Below are positions 15,225 through 24,055 of a stretch of DNA of 64,000 nt, one piece after another. Position numbers and translations under genes: made by a program. The stretch is from positions 28,290 to 92,289 of the forward strand of contig JAFTVD010000015.1 of assembly GCA_017465945.1 (NCBI GenBank), given 5' to 3'. Within the stretch, counting starts at the first letter, position 1, and every line of letters begins with the position of its first letter. Below the pieces are notes generated by a model. The model was not told where the DNA came from. It saw only the letters and a program-made list of their open reading frames with translations, and did no database searches. The DNA comes from Alphaproteobacteria bacterium. Its GTDB lineage: Bacteria; Pseudomonadota; Alphaproteobacteria; RF32; CAG-239.

Positions 15225-17516
15225 TTATCTGATTTTTTTCAAAACAATAGTTGAAAGCGGTGGAAGTGTGATTTCAATAGAATTAGCTCTACCATTAGCA
15301 CCTTCATATCTTGAATAAATCTCACCTTCATTCTTCACACCACTACCCCAATAGTTTTTGTCATCACTATTAAAGATTTCTTGATATACACCACCATCTG
15401 GCACACCAAGTCTAAAGTTATGACGAACAACTGGAGTAAAGTTACAAACAACAATCATATTATTGTTATAATCATGTCCACGACGAATGTAAGAAATAAC
15501 ACTATCATTACCATTTGAGTGGTCAATCCATTCAAAACCTTTAGCGTCAAAATCTTCTTCATAAAAACAAGAATTGCCTTTATACATCAAGTTCAAATCT
15601 CTAACACAATTTTGCATACCTTTATACATTGGGTAATCAAGCAAGTGCCATCTTAAACTTTCTTCAGAATTCCACTCCCAGTCATGACCAAATTCACATC
15701 CCATGAATAAAAGCTTCTTACCAGGGTGTGTCCACATAAAGCCATAATATGCTCTTAAATTTGCAAATTTTTGCCATTCATCACCTGGCATTTTAGAAAG
15801 CATACTACCTTTACCATGTACCACCTCATCATGAGAGATAGGTAAAATAAAGTTTTCATTAAACGCATACAACAAGCCAAAAGTAAGTTTACCATGCTCA
15901 TATTTACGATAAACAGGGTCTTTGCTAATATAAGATAGAGTATCATTCATCCACCCCATATTCCACTTATAACCAAATCCAAGACCACCCATAGATGTTG
16001 GACGAGAAACCATAGGCCATGCAGTCGATTCTTCAGCACAAGTAATAGCCCCTTCTGCATTACCATAACAAATTTCATTCATTTTACGAATAAATGAGAT
16101 AGCTTCCAAGTTTTCATTACCACCATAGATATTTGGTATCCACTCACCATCTTTTCTAGAATAGTCAAGATAAAGCATAGATGCAACCGCATCAACTCTT
16201 AAACCATCAATATGGTATTCTTTAAGCCAATACAAAGCAGAACAGCACAATACATTGCTAACTTCTGTTCTACCATAGTTATAAATCTTTGTACCCCAAT
16301 CTTTGTGCTCACCTTTTCTTGGGTCTTGGTGCTCATAAAGAGCTGTACCATCAAACTCAATCAAACCATGTCCATCTTTAGGGAAGTGTGCTGGCACCCA
16401 GTCCATAATCACACCAATATTTGCTTGGTGGAATTTATCAATCATATATCTAAAATCATCAGGGTTACCAAAACGAGATGTAGGAGCAAACAAACCTGTT
16501 ACTTGATATCCCCAAGAACCATCAAATGGGTGTTCGCAAACAGGTAAAAACTCAACATGAGTAAATCCCATATTCATAACATAAGGAACTAACGTATCAG
16601 CAAGTTCACGATAGCTCAAAAATTCAGAACCATTATTACCTTTTCTTCTCCAAGAACCAAGATGTACTTCATAAATACTAGTAGGTCTGTCAAAACTATT
16701 GTGAGCACCTCTATACTTCATCCACTCACCATCATTCCAACAATAGTGATTTAAGTCATAAACAATAGAAGCAGTATTAGGGCGTTTTTCAGAATAAAAT
16801 GCCATAGGGTCGCTCTTTGTTAAGATATACCCTTCATGAGTTTTAACTTCAAACTTATAGTATTCACCTTCAACAATATTTGGAATAAAGATATCCCACA
16901 CACCACAATTAAAGTGTTTACGCATAACGTTTACACGACCATCCCAGTTATTAAATGAGCCAACAACAGAAACTCTTTTTGCATTAGGAGCCCAAACAGA
17001 AAAACCAACACCTTTAACGCCATTAATTTCCATAATGTGCGCACCGAGTTTTTTATATAAATCTAAGTGATTACCCTCTGAAAACAAATATTCATCAATA
17101 TCACCCAAAATAGAAGGGAAAGAATAAATATCTTCTTCAACATAAGTATTACCATCATCATTAGTAATCTTAAATCTATGCCTAAAACCATTAGTTTCCA
17201 TTTGACCAAGATTTATTTGGAAAAAACCACCATCATGAAGTTTAGTCATCATTCCCAAAGAATTATTATCATAATCTAATAACTCAATAGCTTTTGCATT
17301 AGGCTTAAATGCTCTAATATAAACTTCTTTGCTACCTTTATCTCTATGAATACCAAGAACGGCCATAACATTTTCATAATTACCGTCAATAATACATTCC
17401 ATTTCTTTTTTAGAAAGTAAGTTTTTCATATCTTCTCCTTGAGGACCCAAAACCGCCAAATTTAAAGACGATTTATTATCTGAATTTACAGTTTGTTTTT
17501 TAACTGTGCTGGCCAT
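15225..17516 (-). CDS. glgB: 1,4-alpha-glucan branching enzyme
   Basis: 763 aa. Motifs GFTHVEFLPV, VIMDWVPAHF, DGLRVDAVASMLY, AEESTAWP and ISHDEVVHGK are present. RBS GGGAG lies upstream of the ATG at 17516. Confidence 0.9.
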   Translation of the reverse strand: MASTVKKQTVNSDNKSSLNLAVLGPQGEDMKNLLSKKEMECIIDGNYENVMAVLGIHRDKGSKEVYIRAFKPNAKAIELLDYDNNSLGMMTKLHDGGFFQINLGQMETNGFRHRFKITNDDGNTYVEEDIYSFPSILGDIDEYLFSEGNHLDLYKKLGAHIMEINGVKGVGFSVWAPNAKRVSVVGSFNNWDGRVNVMRKHFNCGVWDIFIPNIVEGEYYKFEVKTHEGYILTKSDPMAFYSEKRPNTASIVYDLNHYCWNDGEWMKYRGAHNSFDRPTSIYEVHLGSWRRKGNNGSEFLSYRELADTLVPYVMNMGFTHVEFLPVCEHPFDGSWGYQVTGLFAPTSRFGNPDDFRYMIDKFHQANIGVIMDWVPAHFPKDGHGLIEFDGTALYEHQDPRKGEHKDWGTKIYNYGRTEVSNVLCCSALYWLKEYHIDGLRVDAVASMLYLDYSRKDGEWIPNIYGGNENLEAISFIRKMNEICYGNAEGAITCAEESTAWPMVSRPTSMGGLGFGYKWNMGWMNDTLSYISKDPVYRKYEHGKLTFGLLYAFNENFILPISHDEVVHGKGSMLSKMPGDEWQKFANLRAYYGFMWTHPGKKLLFMGCEFGHDWEWNSEESLRWHLLDYPMYKGMQNCVRDLNLMYKGNSCFYEEDFDAKGFEWIDHSNGNDSVISYIRRGHDYNNNMIVVCNFTPVVRHNFRLGVPDGGVYQEIFNSDDKNYWGSGVKNEGEIYSRYEGANGRANSIEITLPPLSTIVLKKIR

Positions 17517-17738
17517 AATATAACTCCCAAATAAAATCTATAATCATTTAACGCTTATTCTTATAAAAACAAAATTTAAAAATTGCAAGTAAAAAAGCGC
17601 CCACTTTTTTCATTTTTTTCTTTTAAAAACAAATAGATTAGTTTTTAAATCCACTTTTAAAACAATACTTATTTCTTATCATATTATCTCAAATACTTTT
17701 CTACCATTTCTATTCATTTTTTACACTAAAATATTTTT

Positions 17739-18824
17739 CTATTTTCTTTCAAAAATTTTCTTAAAAAAATCACTTACTTTTATCGTCTTTTTTATCATCT
17801 TATTTTTAACCTTCATACGTTCTTTTCTTTTATCCAACGCATCTTTTATCATTTCCACAACATCTTTATCAGACACTTTTTCTATCATTTCTTTATTTTT
17901 TTCATCCACTTTAGCACCATATTCTATTAAAGAACAAACAATATCCCATCTTTGCCAATTTATCGCAACATCAATCGCCCTCTCGCCAAAACAATCTTTT
18001 TCATCCACGTTAGCTCCAGCTTCAAGTAACATCCTAACTATCTCATTTGTTACTTTTTCATTACGCACCGCATATATTAAAGGAGTAATTTTTTTGCGAT
18101 CTTTTTTATTAACATCAGCTCCATTTTTAATCAACAAATCAACGCCCTCTGCATCTCCCATAAAACAAGCAATATCCAAAGCTGATATCCCCTCTTTACT
18201 AGCACGATTTACATTTAAACCTCTTTTTATTAAATCTTTCGCTCTATCATATTTTCTACTCTCAATAGCATAAAACAAAACACTATTTCCATTATAATCT
18301 ACTTGAAAAACATCAGCACCTTTTTTTAACAATTCCTCCCAAAAATCATTAAACATTTCTTCATCAGGTTTACTTACAACATAAAAAAGAGCATTTTTCC
18401 CTTCATTATTAATCGCATTAACATCATTCATATATTTAATATACCACCAAGCATGAGAAAATTGTTTATATTTCAACGTAACCAACAAAGGTGTATCACC
18501 ATTATTATCCCTTACATTAAAATCAGCTCCCATTAAAAAATGATTTTTAACTTCATCTTCTGTAAGGCAATAAAAAACTCCTACTCCTAAATTTTTTGCA
18601 TCTTCACTGCTAAGATTTATTTCCACCCCACCTCTTTGTTCTAGCAAATTAGCAATTTCTAACGCTCCTATTTTTTTAGCAATACTCAAAGCTGAACGTC
18701 CATTTCCCATAAACGCTCTAGCATTTACATCAGCTTTTAATGCTAAAATATAATGTACTTTCTTATAATTTTTATCTAATATTGCCTTAATTAATTGCTC
18801 ATTTAAAAGTTCTTTATTATTCAT
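17739..18824 (-). CDS. Ankyrin-repeat protein (effector-like)
   Basis: 361 aa with multiple G.(T/S).L..A......(I/V)..L(L/I)..GA(D/N)VN units. The N-terminal head is shared with 18901..20094. Confidence 0.85.
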   Translation of the reverse strand: MNNKELLNEQLIKAILDKNYKKVHYILALKADVNARAFMGNGRSALSIAKKIGALEIANLLEQRGGVEINLSSEDAKNLGVGVFYCLTEDEVKNHFLMGADFNVRDNNGDTPLLVTLKYKQFSHAWWYIKYMNDVNAINNEGKNALFYVVSKPDEEMFNDFWEELLKKGADVFQVDYNGNSVLFYAIESRKYDRAKDLIKRGLNVNRASKEGISALDIACFMGDAEGVDLLIKNGADVNKKDRKKITPLIYAVRNEKVTNEIVRMLLEAGANVDEKDCFGERAIDVAINWQRWDIVCSLIEYGAKVDEKNKEMIEKVSDKDVVEMIKDALDKRKERMKVKNKMIKKTIKVSDFFKKIFERK

Positions 18825-18898
18825 TTTTATTACCTATTTTTTCTTTTTTTTGATACATTTAGCTATATACTAAAAATTAATAATATTCAATAAAAAAA
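18601..18898. repeat. About 300-bp direct repeat, copy 1 (partner at 19871..20170). It covers the 5' coding region and upstream region of the tandem ankyrin genes.
   Basis: Aligned by eye. The ~178 bp nearest the start codon and the upstream region (18721-18898 versus 19991-20170) are almost identical. Confidence 0.85.
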
Positions 18899-18900
18899 TG

Positions 18901-20094
18901 CTACCGCTCTATCTTAAAAAACTTATTCCACCAACTATTCTTAATCTTTTTTTCACTCACTTCTTTTAATACCTTAGCATCTTCTTTTCTCTTCATTTCT
19001 CCTACTTTTTTTTGCATTTGTTCTATTCTTATTTGTCTTTGTTGTTCTTCTTTTATTTTCCTCTCCTCTCTTTTAACAAAAGCCTCTTTTATCATTTCTT
19101 CTTTGCCATAATATTTAGATTTTTCATCAATTAACTTTTGTACACTATCCTTAATATTAGCCCCATATTCAATCAAAAGCGCAATTTTCTTCCAAACATT
19201 CACACTTTCCAACTTATCTCCACTATGTAGCGCATGACTTAAAACACTGCATCCCATATACCCTTCATAATCAATATCGGCCCCGCGCTCTAACATTGCC
19301 TCCAAAACCTCAATTTTCATTCTTGAAGAATAAACCACATAATTCAATGGTATTTTATTATTATCCGTATTTCTAACATTTACATCACACCCTGCTTTAA
19401 TAAGCTCTAAAGCGCTATAAGAATTTTCCCACAAACAAGCAAGCACCAAAGGTGTCGTCCCATCTCTTTTTAACCCTTGTTCCAAGTTCACCCCTTTATT
19501 GATTAGAGTTTTAAGTCTTTCCCCACCAATAGGACAATCTATTGCCTCATGCAACAAATTATACCCTTCTTTATCCACCACATGTGGACTAACCCCTCTT
19601 TCTAACAAATCAAAAAACAAATCTTCATTAAAATACCTCACCGCATAAAACAGAGCATTTCTTCCCTCTCTTGTCTTTGCATGAATATCTGCCCCAAGCT
19701 CAATCAACAAATTTGTAACAGTATATTTAGAATTCCTAACCGCATCCACAAACAGCGTATCACCCAAAATATTTGTTACCTCTAAATTTGCCCCCATAAA
19801 AAAAAGTCTTTTAATCTCTTCTTTGTCATCAGCGCCAAAATCAAAAATTTTCTTACCTAATTCATCTGCCTCTTCACTGCTAGGATTTATTTCTATCCCG
19901 CCTCTTTGTTCTAGCAAATTAGCAATATCTGTTGCTCCTATTTTTTTAGCAACACTCAAAGCCGAACATCCAATCCCTTCACATGCTCTTGCGTTAACAT
20001 CAGCTTTTAATGCTAAAATATAATATACTTTCTTATAATTTTTATCTAATATTGCCTTAATTAATTGCTCATTTAAAAGTTCTTTATTATTCAT
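18901..20094 (-). CDS. Ankyrin-repeat protein (effector-like), tandem paralogue
   Basis: 397 aa with ankyrin units throughout. The first 37 residues are almost identical to 17739..18824. Confidence 0.85.
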   Translation of the reverse strand: MNNKELLNEQLIKAILDKNYKKVYYILALKADVNARACEGIGCSALSVAKKIGATDIANLLEQRGGIEINPSSEEADELGKKIFDFGADDKEEIKRLFFMGANLEVTNILGDTLFVDAVRNSKYTVTNLLIELGADIHAKTREGRNALFYAVRYFNEDLFFDLLERGVSPHVVDKEGYNLLHEAIDCPIGGERLKTLINKGVNLEQGLKRDGTTPLVLACLWENSYSALELIKAGCDVNVRNTDNNKIPLNYVVYSSRMKIEVLEAMLERGADIDYEGYMGCSVLSHALHSGDKLESVNVWKKIALLIEYGANIKDSVQKLIDEKSKYYGKEEMIKEAFVKREERKIKEEQQRQIRIEQMQKKVGEMKRKEDAKVLKEVSEKKIKNSWWNKFFKIER

Positions 20095-20170
20095 TTTTAT
20101 TACCTATTTTTCTTCTTTTTTTTGATACATTTAGCTATATACTAAAAATTAATAATATTCAATAAAAAAA
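19871..20170. repeat. About 300-bp direct repeat, copy 2 (partner at 18601..18898)
   Basis: See copy 1. Confidence 0.85.
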
Positions 20171-20614
20171 ACATCACCAACCATTAAAGAAAAAAAATAA
20201 AAAACACATCACATAAACTAAAAAAATATTTTTAAAAATTTTGCTCTTTTTTTGCACAAATTTACCACTTTTTGCACAAGCTAAAAAAATTTTTTTTCAA
20301 TTCTATTTTTTTTGTAATTTATGTTATAAAAAATCATAAAAAAAACTCATTTAAAATAACAACTTATCTTTTAAAAATAACATTTTATTTTCAATAATTT
20401 AAACGCATTTAAAAAACATAAAAAAAACACTTCCAAAAACCAATTTTAAAGCTTAAAAATTTTTTTCATCTACCCCCTTTTTTTTAATGATTTTTTAACA
20501 TATTTATATGTATAGAATACTTAAAATAAAAAAACGATGAAAATCGTATTTACAAAATAAATTTTATATTTATACTTAACCTTGTTTTATAACAAAATTA
20601 TTTGGAGAATTGAA

Positions 20615-20830
20615 ATGACATTCAATGAAAATTTGATTAGAGAAGCTGCTTACTACAACTGGCAAAATGCTGGTTGCCCAATGGGACAAGATGAAATGTT
20701 CTGGAACATGGCTATCGAACAAATTTATGGTTCAAAAGCTACTAAATCTTGTTGCAGCAAATCTTCTTCTACAAAGAAGACAGCTTCTACAAAAAAAGTT
20801 TCTACTTCTAAATCAAAAGCAAAGAAGTAA
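20615..20830 (+). CDS. DUF2934-like small protein with a Ser/Thr/Lys-rich tail
   Basis: IREAAYYNWQNAGCPMGQDEMFWNMAIEQI resembles the DUF2934 core as I remember it (R.AY..W...G.P.G.....W..AE). The ATG at 20615 follows GGAGAA. Confidence 0.5.
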   Translation: MTFNENLIREAAYYNWQNAGCPMGQDEMFWNMAIEQIYGSKATKSCCSKSSSTKKTASTKKVSTSKSKAKK

Positions 20831-20851
20831 TTTAACTTTTTTAAGATTATG

Positions 20852-20881
20852 AAAAACCACCCTCATCTGGGGTGGTTTTTT
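20852..20881 (+). terminator. Rho-independent terminator
   Basis: AAAAACCACCC-TCATCT-GGGGTGGTTTTTT. Confidence 0.8.
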
Positions 20882-20964
20882 GTATATAAGTATAAAATTT
20901 TTACTTCAAATTAAAATAAATAAATTAGAATAAAACAAACAAAACATTACTAAAGGCCTTAATT

Positions 20965-22191
20965 ATGAAATCATTAAATCCATTAAAAAAGTTAGACATA
21001 GCTTGTTTTCTTCGTTCACAACTATATCTTGCTCCTGTACTACTTCTTTTTTACCAACAAAATGGATTATCTATTGCAGACTTTGTAATGTTTCAAGGCA
21101 TCTTCCAATTAACAGGCATATTTTTTGAAATTCCATGTGGCTATATTGCCGACATCACTTCAAAGAAAAAGGTTTTAATTTTAGCATTTGTTTTCTTCTT
21201 TTTACGAGCTGCTCTTTGGCTTTCATTTGAAGGTGTCTATATTATTTTATTAGGTGAATTGTTCAACGCTCTATCTCGTGCCTTTTTATCAGGTGTTTAT
21301 GATAGTTATATTTTTGATTACTTAAAATCAAAAAACAAAACAAAACGTATGTTGAAAGAATGTGGCAGAACTAACTTTGCTATGTCAAGTGGTGCAATGT
21401 TTGCCGCTATTTTTAGTGCTATGCTATATAAAGAATATGGTACAATCATATTATTATCTTTAGAATTTTTCTTAACATTTACAAGCATTCTTCTTTTAAC
21501 AACCCTACCAAACCCTCCATCTGCACGTCCTCATGCAAAAACAATAAAAGAAAAATTCATAGAGATAAAAACAACAGCAATCGCAACTTTGAAAAATCCA
21601 AACATCAATTTGTACATCATATATTCAGCGCTATTATTTTCAACCACATCTCTATTTTGCTGGTGTTTCCAACCATTATTAAAAATATCATCAGCACCTG
21701 TATTTATGTTTAGTTTTATTTATGTTATAAATCACGCACTTCGTGCTGGTTTTTCGTATCACGTAAACAACTTAAAACGTTTCTTTGGGTTTAATCGCTT
21801 ACTTGTTATCACCACATTCTTATGTATGTATTCTTTTGCTTGCATGATATTAAGCTTTTATTTCAAACTACCAAATGTAGCCATGGTAAGCTTAATTTTT
21901 GTATGTATTGGTATAGGTTTCCAACTAGCTTTTGCTATTGCTAATATTAATCACATTCACTCATACGCCTTAGAAGAAACAAGAGCGACCATTTCATCTG
22001 TAAACAATATGCTCCAACAAACAATCTCTGGTTTATCGCTTATTTCATTTAAGTTTGTAATAGCACCAGATTCCACCACCCAAGGTTTAAGTTTCTCTAG
22101 TGCGTTTACGGTGTACGGATTATTTTATATGATAGTATTTTCATTTCTTTTATATAAAATTTATGAACGAAACAAATTAGCTAAAATATAA
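20965..22191 (+). CDS. MFS-type transporter (substrate unknown)
   Basis: 408 aa with about 12 hydrophobic segments. The loop GYIADITSKKKV resembles MFS motif A. Confidence 0.6.
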   Translation: MKSLNPLKKLDIACFLRSQLYLAPVLLLFYQQNGLSIADFVMFQGIFQLTGIFFEIPCGYIADITSKKKVLILAFVFFFLRAALWLSFEGVYIILLGELFNALSRAFLSGVYDSYIFDYLKSKNKTKRMLKECGRTNFAMSSGAMFAAIFSAMLYKEYGTIILLSLEFFLTFTSILLLTTLPNPPSARPHAKTIKEKFIEIKTTAIATLKNPNINLYIIYSALLFSTTSLFCWCFQPLLKISSAPVFMFSFIYVINHALRAGFSYHVNNLKRFFGFNRLLVITTFLCMYSFACMILSFYFKLPNVAMVSLIFVCIGIGFQLAFAIANINHIHSYALEETRATISSVNNMLQQTISGLSLISFKFVIAPDSTTQGLSFSSAFTVYGLFYMIVFSFLLYKIYERNKLAKI

Positions 22192-22196
22192 AAGAG

Positions 22197-22222
22197 AAAA
22201 GGCACCTATAAAGGTGCCTTTT
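22197..22222 (+). terminator. Rho-independent terminator
   Basis: GGCACCT-ATAA-AGGTGCC followed by TTTT. Confidence 0.8.
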
Positions 22223-22343
22223 CAAATATCTTAATAATTAAGCACAACAAAAAAAATCATTTAAATTCACACCCTTAACTCAAATTTAATTTTTTTCATT
22301 TTAAAATTACCACAAATTGTAATAACTTTATAAGGATAAAATT

Positions 22344-22790
22344 ATGTCAGCATGGCTTGTTTTTCTAATTGTTGCTATATTATTTTTTATAGCAGAAATC
22401 TACACTCCAGCAATGTTTTTCTTAAACTTTGCTCTTGCATCTGTAGTTTGCGCATTATTAGGCATTTTTACAGAAAACTACAACGTTTTAGTACCAATTT
22501 TTACGGTTTTATCAATTTTATTCATTCTATTTTTAAGACCACTATTAAATATCAATCCTAAAGCAGATAAAGAACACGAGTTTGAATCTCAATATATAGG
22601 AAAAACAGCCACCGCAACAACTGATATTAATGCTTTTTCCGGAAGATTAAAAGTCTATGATGAAGACTGGGAAGCAAGAACCCTCTCAGAAGATGCACCT
22701 GAAATAAAAAAAGGCGCCAAAGTAACAATTACCCGTCATAATGACTTAACCATGTTTGTTCAAAAACCTGAAAAGAAAGGAAAGAAATAA
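22344..22790 (+). CDS. NfeD-family membrane protein
   Basis: Three N-terminal TM helices plus a C-terminal OB-like segment (G.LKVYDEDWEAR...I.KGAKV.I). Its stop overlaps the start of the SPFH gene. Confidence 0.75.
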   Translation: MSAWLVFLIVAILFFIAEIYTPAMFFLNFALASVVCALLGIFTENYNVLVPIFTVLSILFILFLRPLLNINPKADKEHEFESQYIGKTATATTDINAFSGRLKVYDEDWEARTLSEDAPEIKKGAKVTITRHNDLTMFVQKPEKKGKK

Positions 22791-23770
22791 TGTCTACACT
22801 TTTAACACTTCTCATACTTCTTGCAATTTTTATTGCTATTAAAGGCTGTATTATTGTTGAACAACAAGAAGTTGTAATCGTTCAACGTTTGGGTAAATAT
22901 AAAGAAACTTTAAGCGCAGGATTAAATTTTATTGTTCCTTTTATTGATACCCCAAAAACAGTATCTAAAAAAGTAACTATAAACTATCGTGATGGAGCAA
23001 GTTCATCATATATGCAAAAAACAACTCGTATTGATTTGCGTGAAACCGTATGCGACTTCCCTCGCCAAAGTGTTATTACCAAAGATAACGTATCAATATC
23101 TATTAATGCCGTTTTATATTTCCAAATTTTCAACCCAGAAAAATCTGTTTACGGTGTAGAAAATCTATATGAAGCAATCGAAAAATTGACCCAAACAACA
23201 CTCCGTCAATTAATTGGTAAATTAGACCTTCAAGAAACTCTAACATCTCGTGATAAAATTAATACCGAACTTCGTGAAATTTTAGACCAAGCATCAGACA
23301 AGTGGGGAGTTAAAGTAAATCGTATTGAACTTCAAGATATTACACCTCCTTCAGACATCCAAGCCGCAATGGATAAACAAATGAAAGCAGAACGTGAAAA
23401 ACGTGCTATGATTTATGAGGCAGAAGGTCAAAAAGAATCAGCTATCCGCATTGCTGAAGGTGAAAAAGAGGCAGCAATTCGTGAAGCTGAAGGTCAAAAA
23501 GAAGCTGCCATCTTAAAAGCAGAAGGTATCGCCCAAGCACGTATGGTAGAAGCAGAAGCCGAAAAAGAGGCTATCAGTCGCATAATTGAAGCTCTATCAA
23601 CCAAAGGTCATGCTGATAAATATTTAATCGCTATGAAATATTTAGATACCATGAAAGAAATGACCTCAGGTAAAGACAATAAGATTGTTTATATGCCATA
23701 TGAAGCCTCTGCAGTACTCAGTTCTGTCGATGGCATAAAGGAAATGCTTATAAACAAAAAAGGTGCTTAA
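22790..23770 (+). CDS. SPFH/band-7 (stomatin-like) protein
   Basis: 326 aa with an N-terminal TM helix, the motif RIDLRE...FP.Q.VITKDNV.I.I.AVLYFQI, and a charged AEGQKEA repeat region. Confidence 0.85.
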   Translation: MSTLLTLLILLAIFIAIKGCIIVEQQEVVIVQRLGKYKETLSAGLNFIVPFIDTPKTVSKKVTINYRDGASSSYMQKTTRIDLRETVCDFPRQSVITKDNVSISINAVLYFQIFNPEKSVYGVENLYEAIEKLTQTTLRQLIGKLDLQETLTSRDKINTELREILDQASDKWGVKVNRIELQDITPPSDIQAAMDKQMKAEREKRAMIYEAEGQKESAIRIAEGEKEAAIREAEGQKEAAILKAEGIAQARMVEAEAEKEAISRIIEALSTKGHADKYLIAMKYLDTMKEMTSGKDNKIVYMPYEASAVLSSVDGIKEMLINKKGA

Positions 23771-23783
23771 AACCAAAAAATTT

Positions 23784-23811
23784 AGCCCCGAAATTATCGG
23801 GGCTTTTTTTT
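23784..23811 (+). terminator. Rho-independent terminator
   Basis: AGCCCCG-AAATTAT-CGGGGCT followed by T8. Confidence 0.85.
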
Positions 23812-23877
23812 ATATAAAAAATACTTTACAAAACAAAATACCTCATCTAAACTTGTAATCGTTATTAAGAATAATAA

Positions 23878-24016
23878 CAGGGCTGTAGCAGGCTCTCCTA
23901 ATTAATAATCCTTGATGAAAGTCAGGGAGCTTTGGAGTATATATTGAAGCTTCAAAGAGTCATAATTAGGTGATTTGCTAACTCCCTGGCACCTCTTAAT
24001 AGGTGCCATTTGTTTT
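23878..24016 (+). ncRNA. Candidate small RNA of about 140 nt (family unknown)
   Basis: A relatively GC-rich island between two consecutive plus-strand terminators. Helices: CAGGG/CCCUG, UAGCA/UGCUA, CCUAAUUA/UAAUUAGG. Its own terminator is GGCACCT-CTTAAT-AGGTGCC followed by ATTTGTTTT. Confidence 0.4.
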
Positions 24017-24055
24017 AATTAAAAAACAGTAACATAACAGCACTCTAGTATAATC

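Noticed and set aside
12206-15302. Calling the glgX-glgB interval a mobile element, genomic island or prophage remnant
   Set aside because: No integrase, transposase, terminal inverted repeats or phage genes are visible. The only evidence is the duplicated flanks, so I report these as duplicative insertions rather than as a defined mobile element.
20667-20852. A 61-aa alternative-frame ORF overlapping the DUF2934 gene
   Set aside because: It overlaps the better-supported frame, which has an RBS and a recognisable motif, and it runs into the terminator.
23878-24016. Possible identity of the candidate sRNA as SRP (4.5S) RNA or 6S RNA
   Set aside because: I could not find the conserved SRP domain IV elements, namely the GGAA tetraloop with flanking AGCA/AGG loops. 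The length and absence of a large central bubble do not fit 6S. I left it as an unknown candidate.
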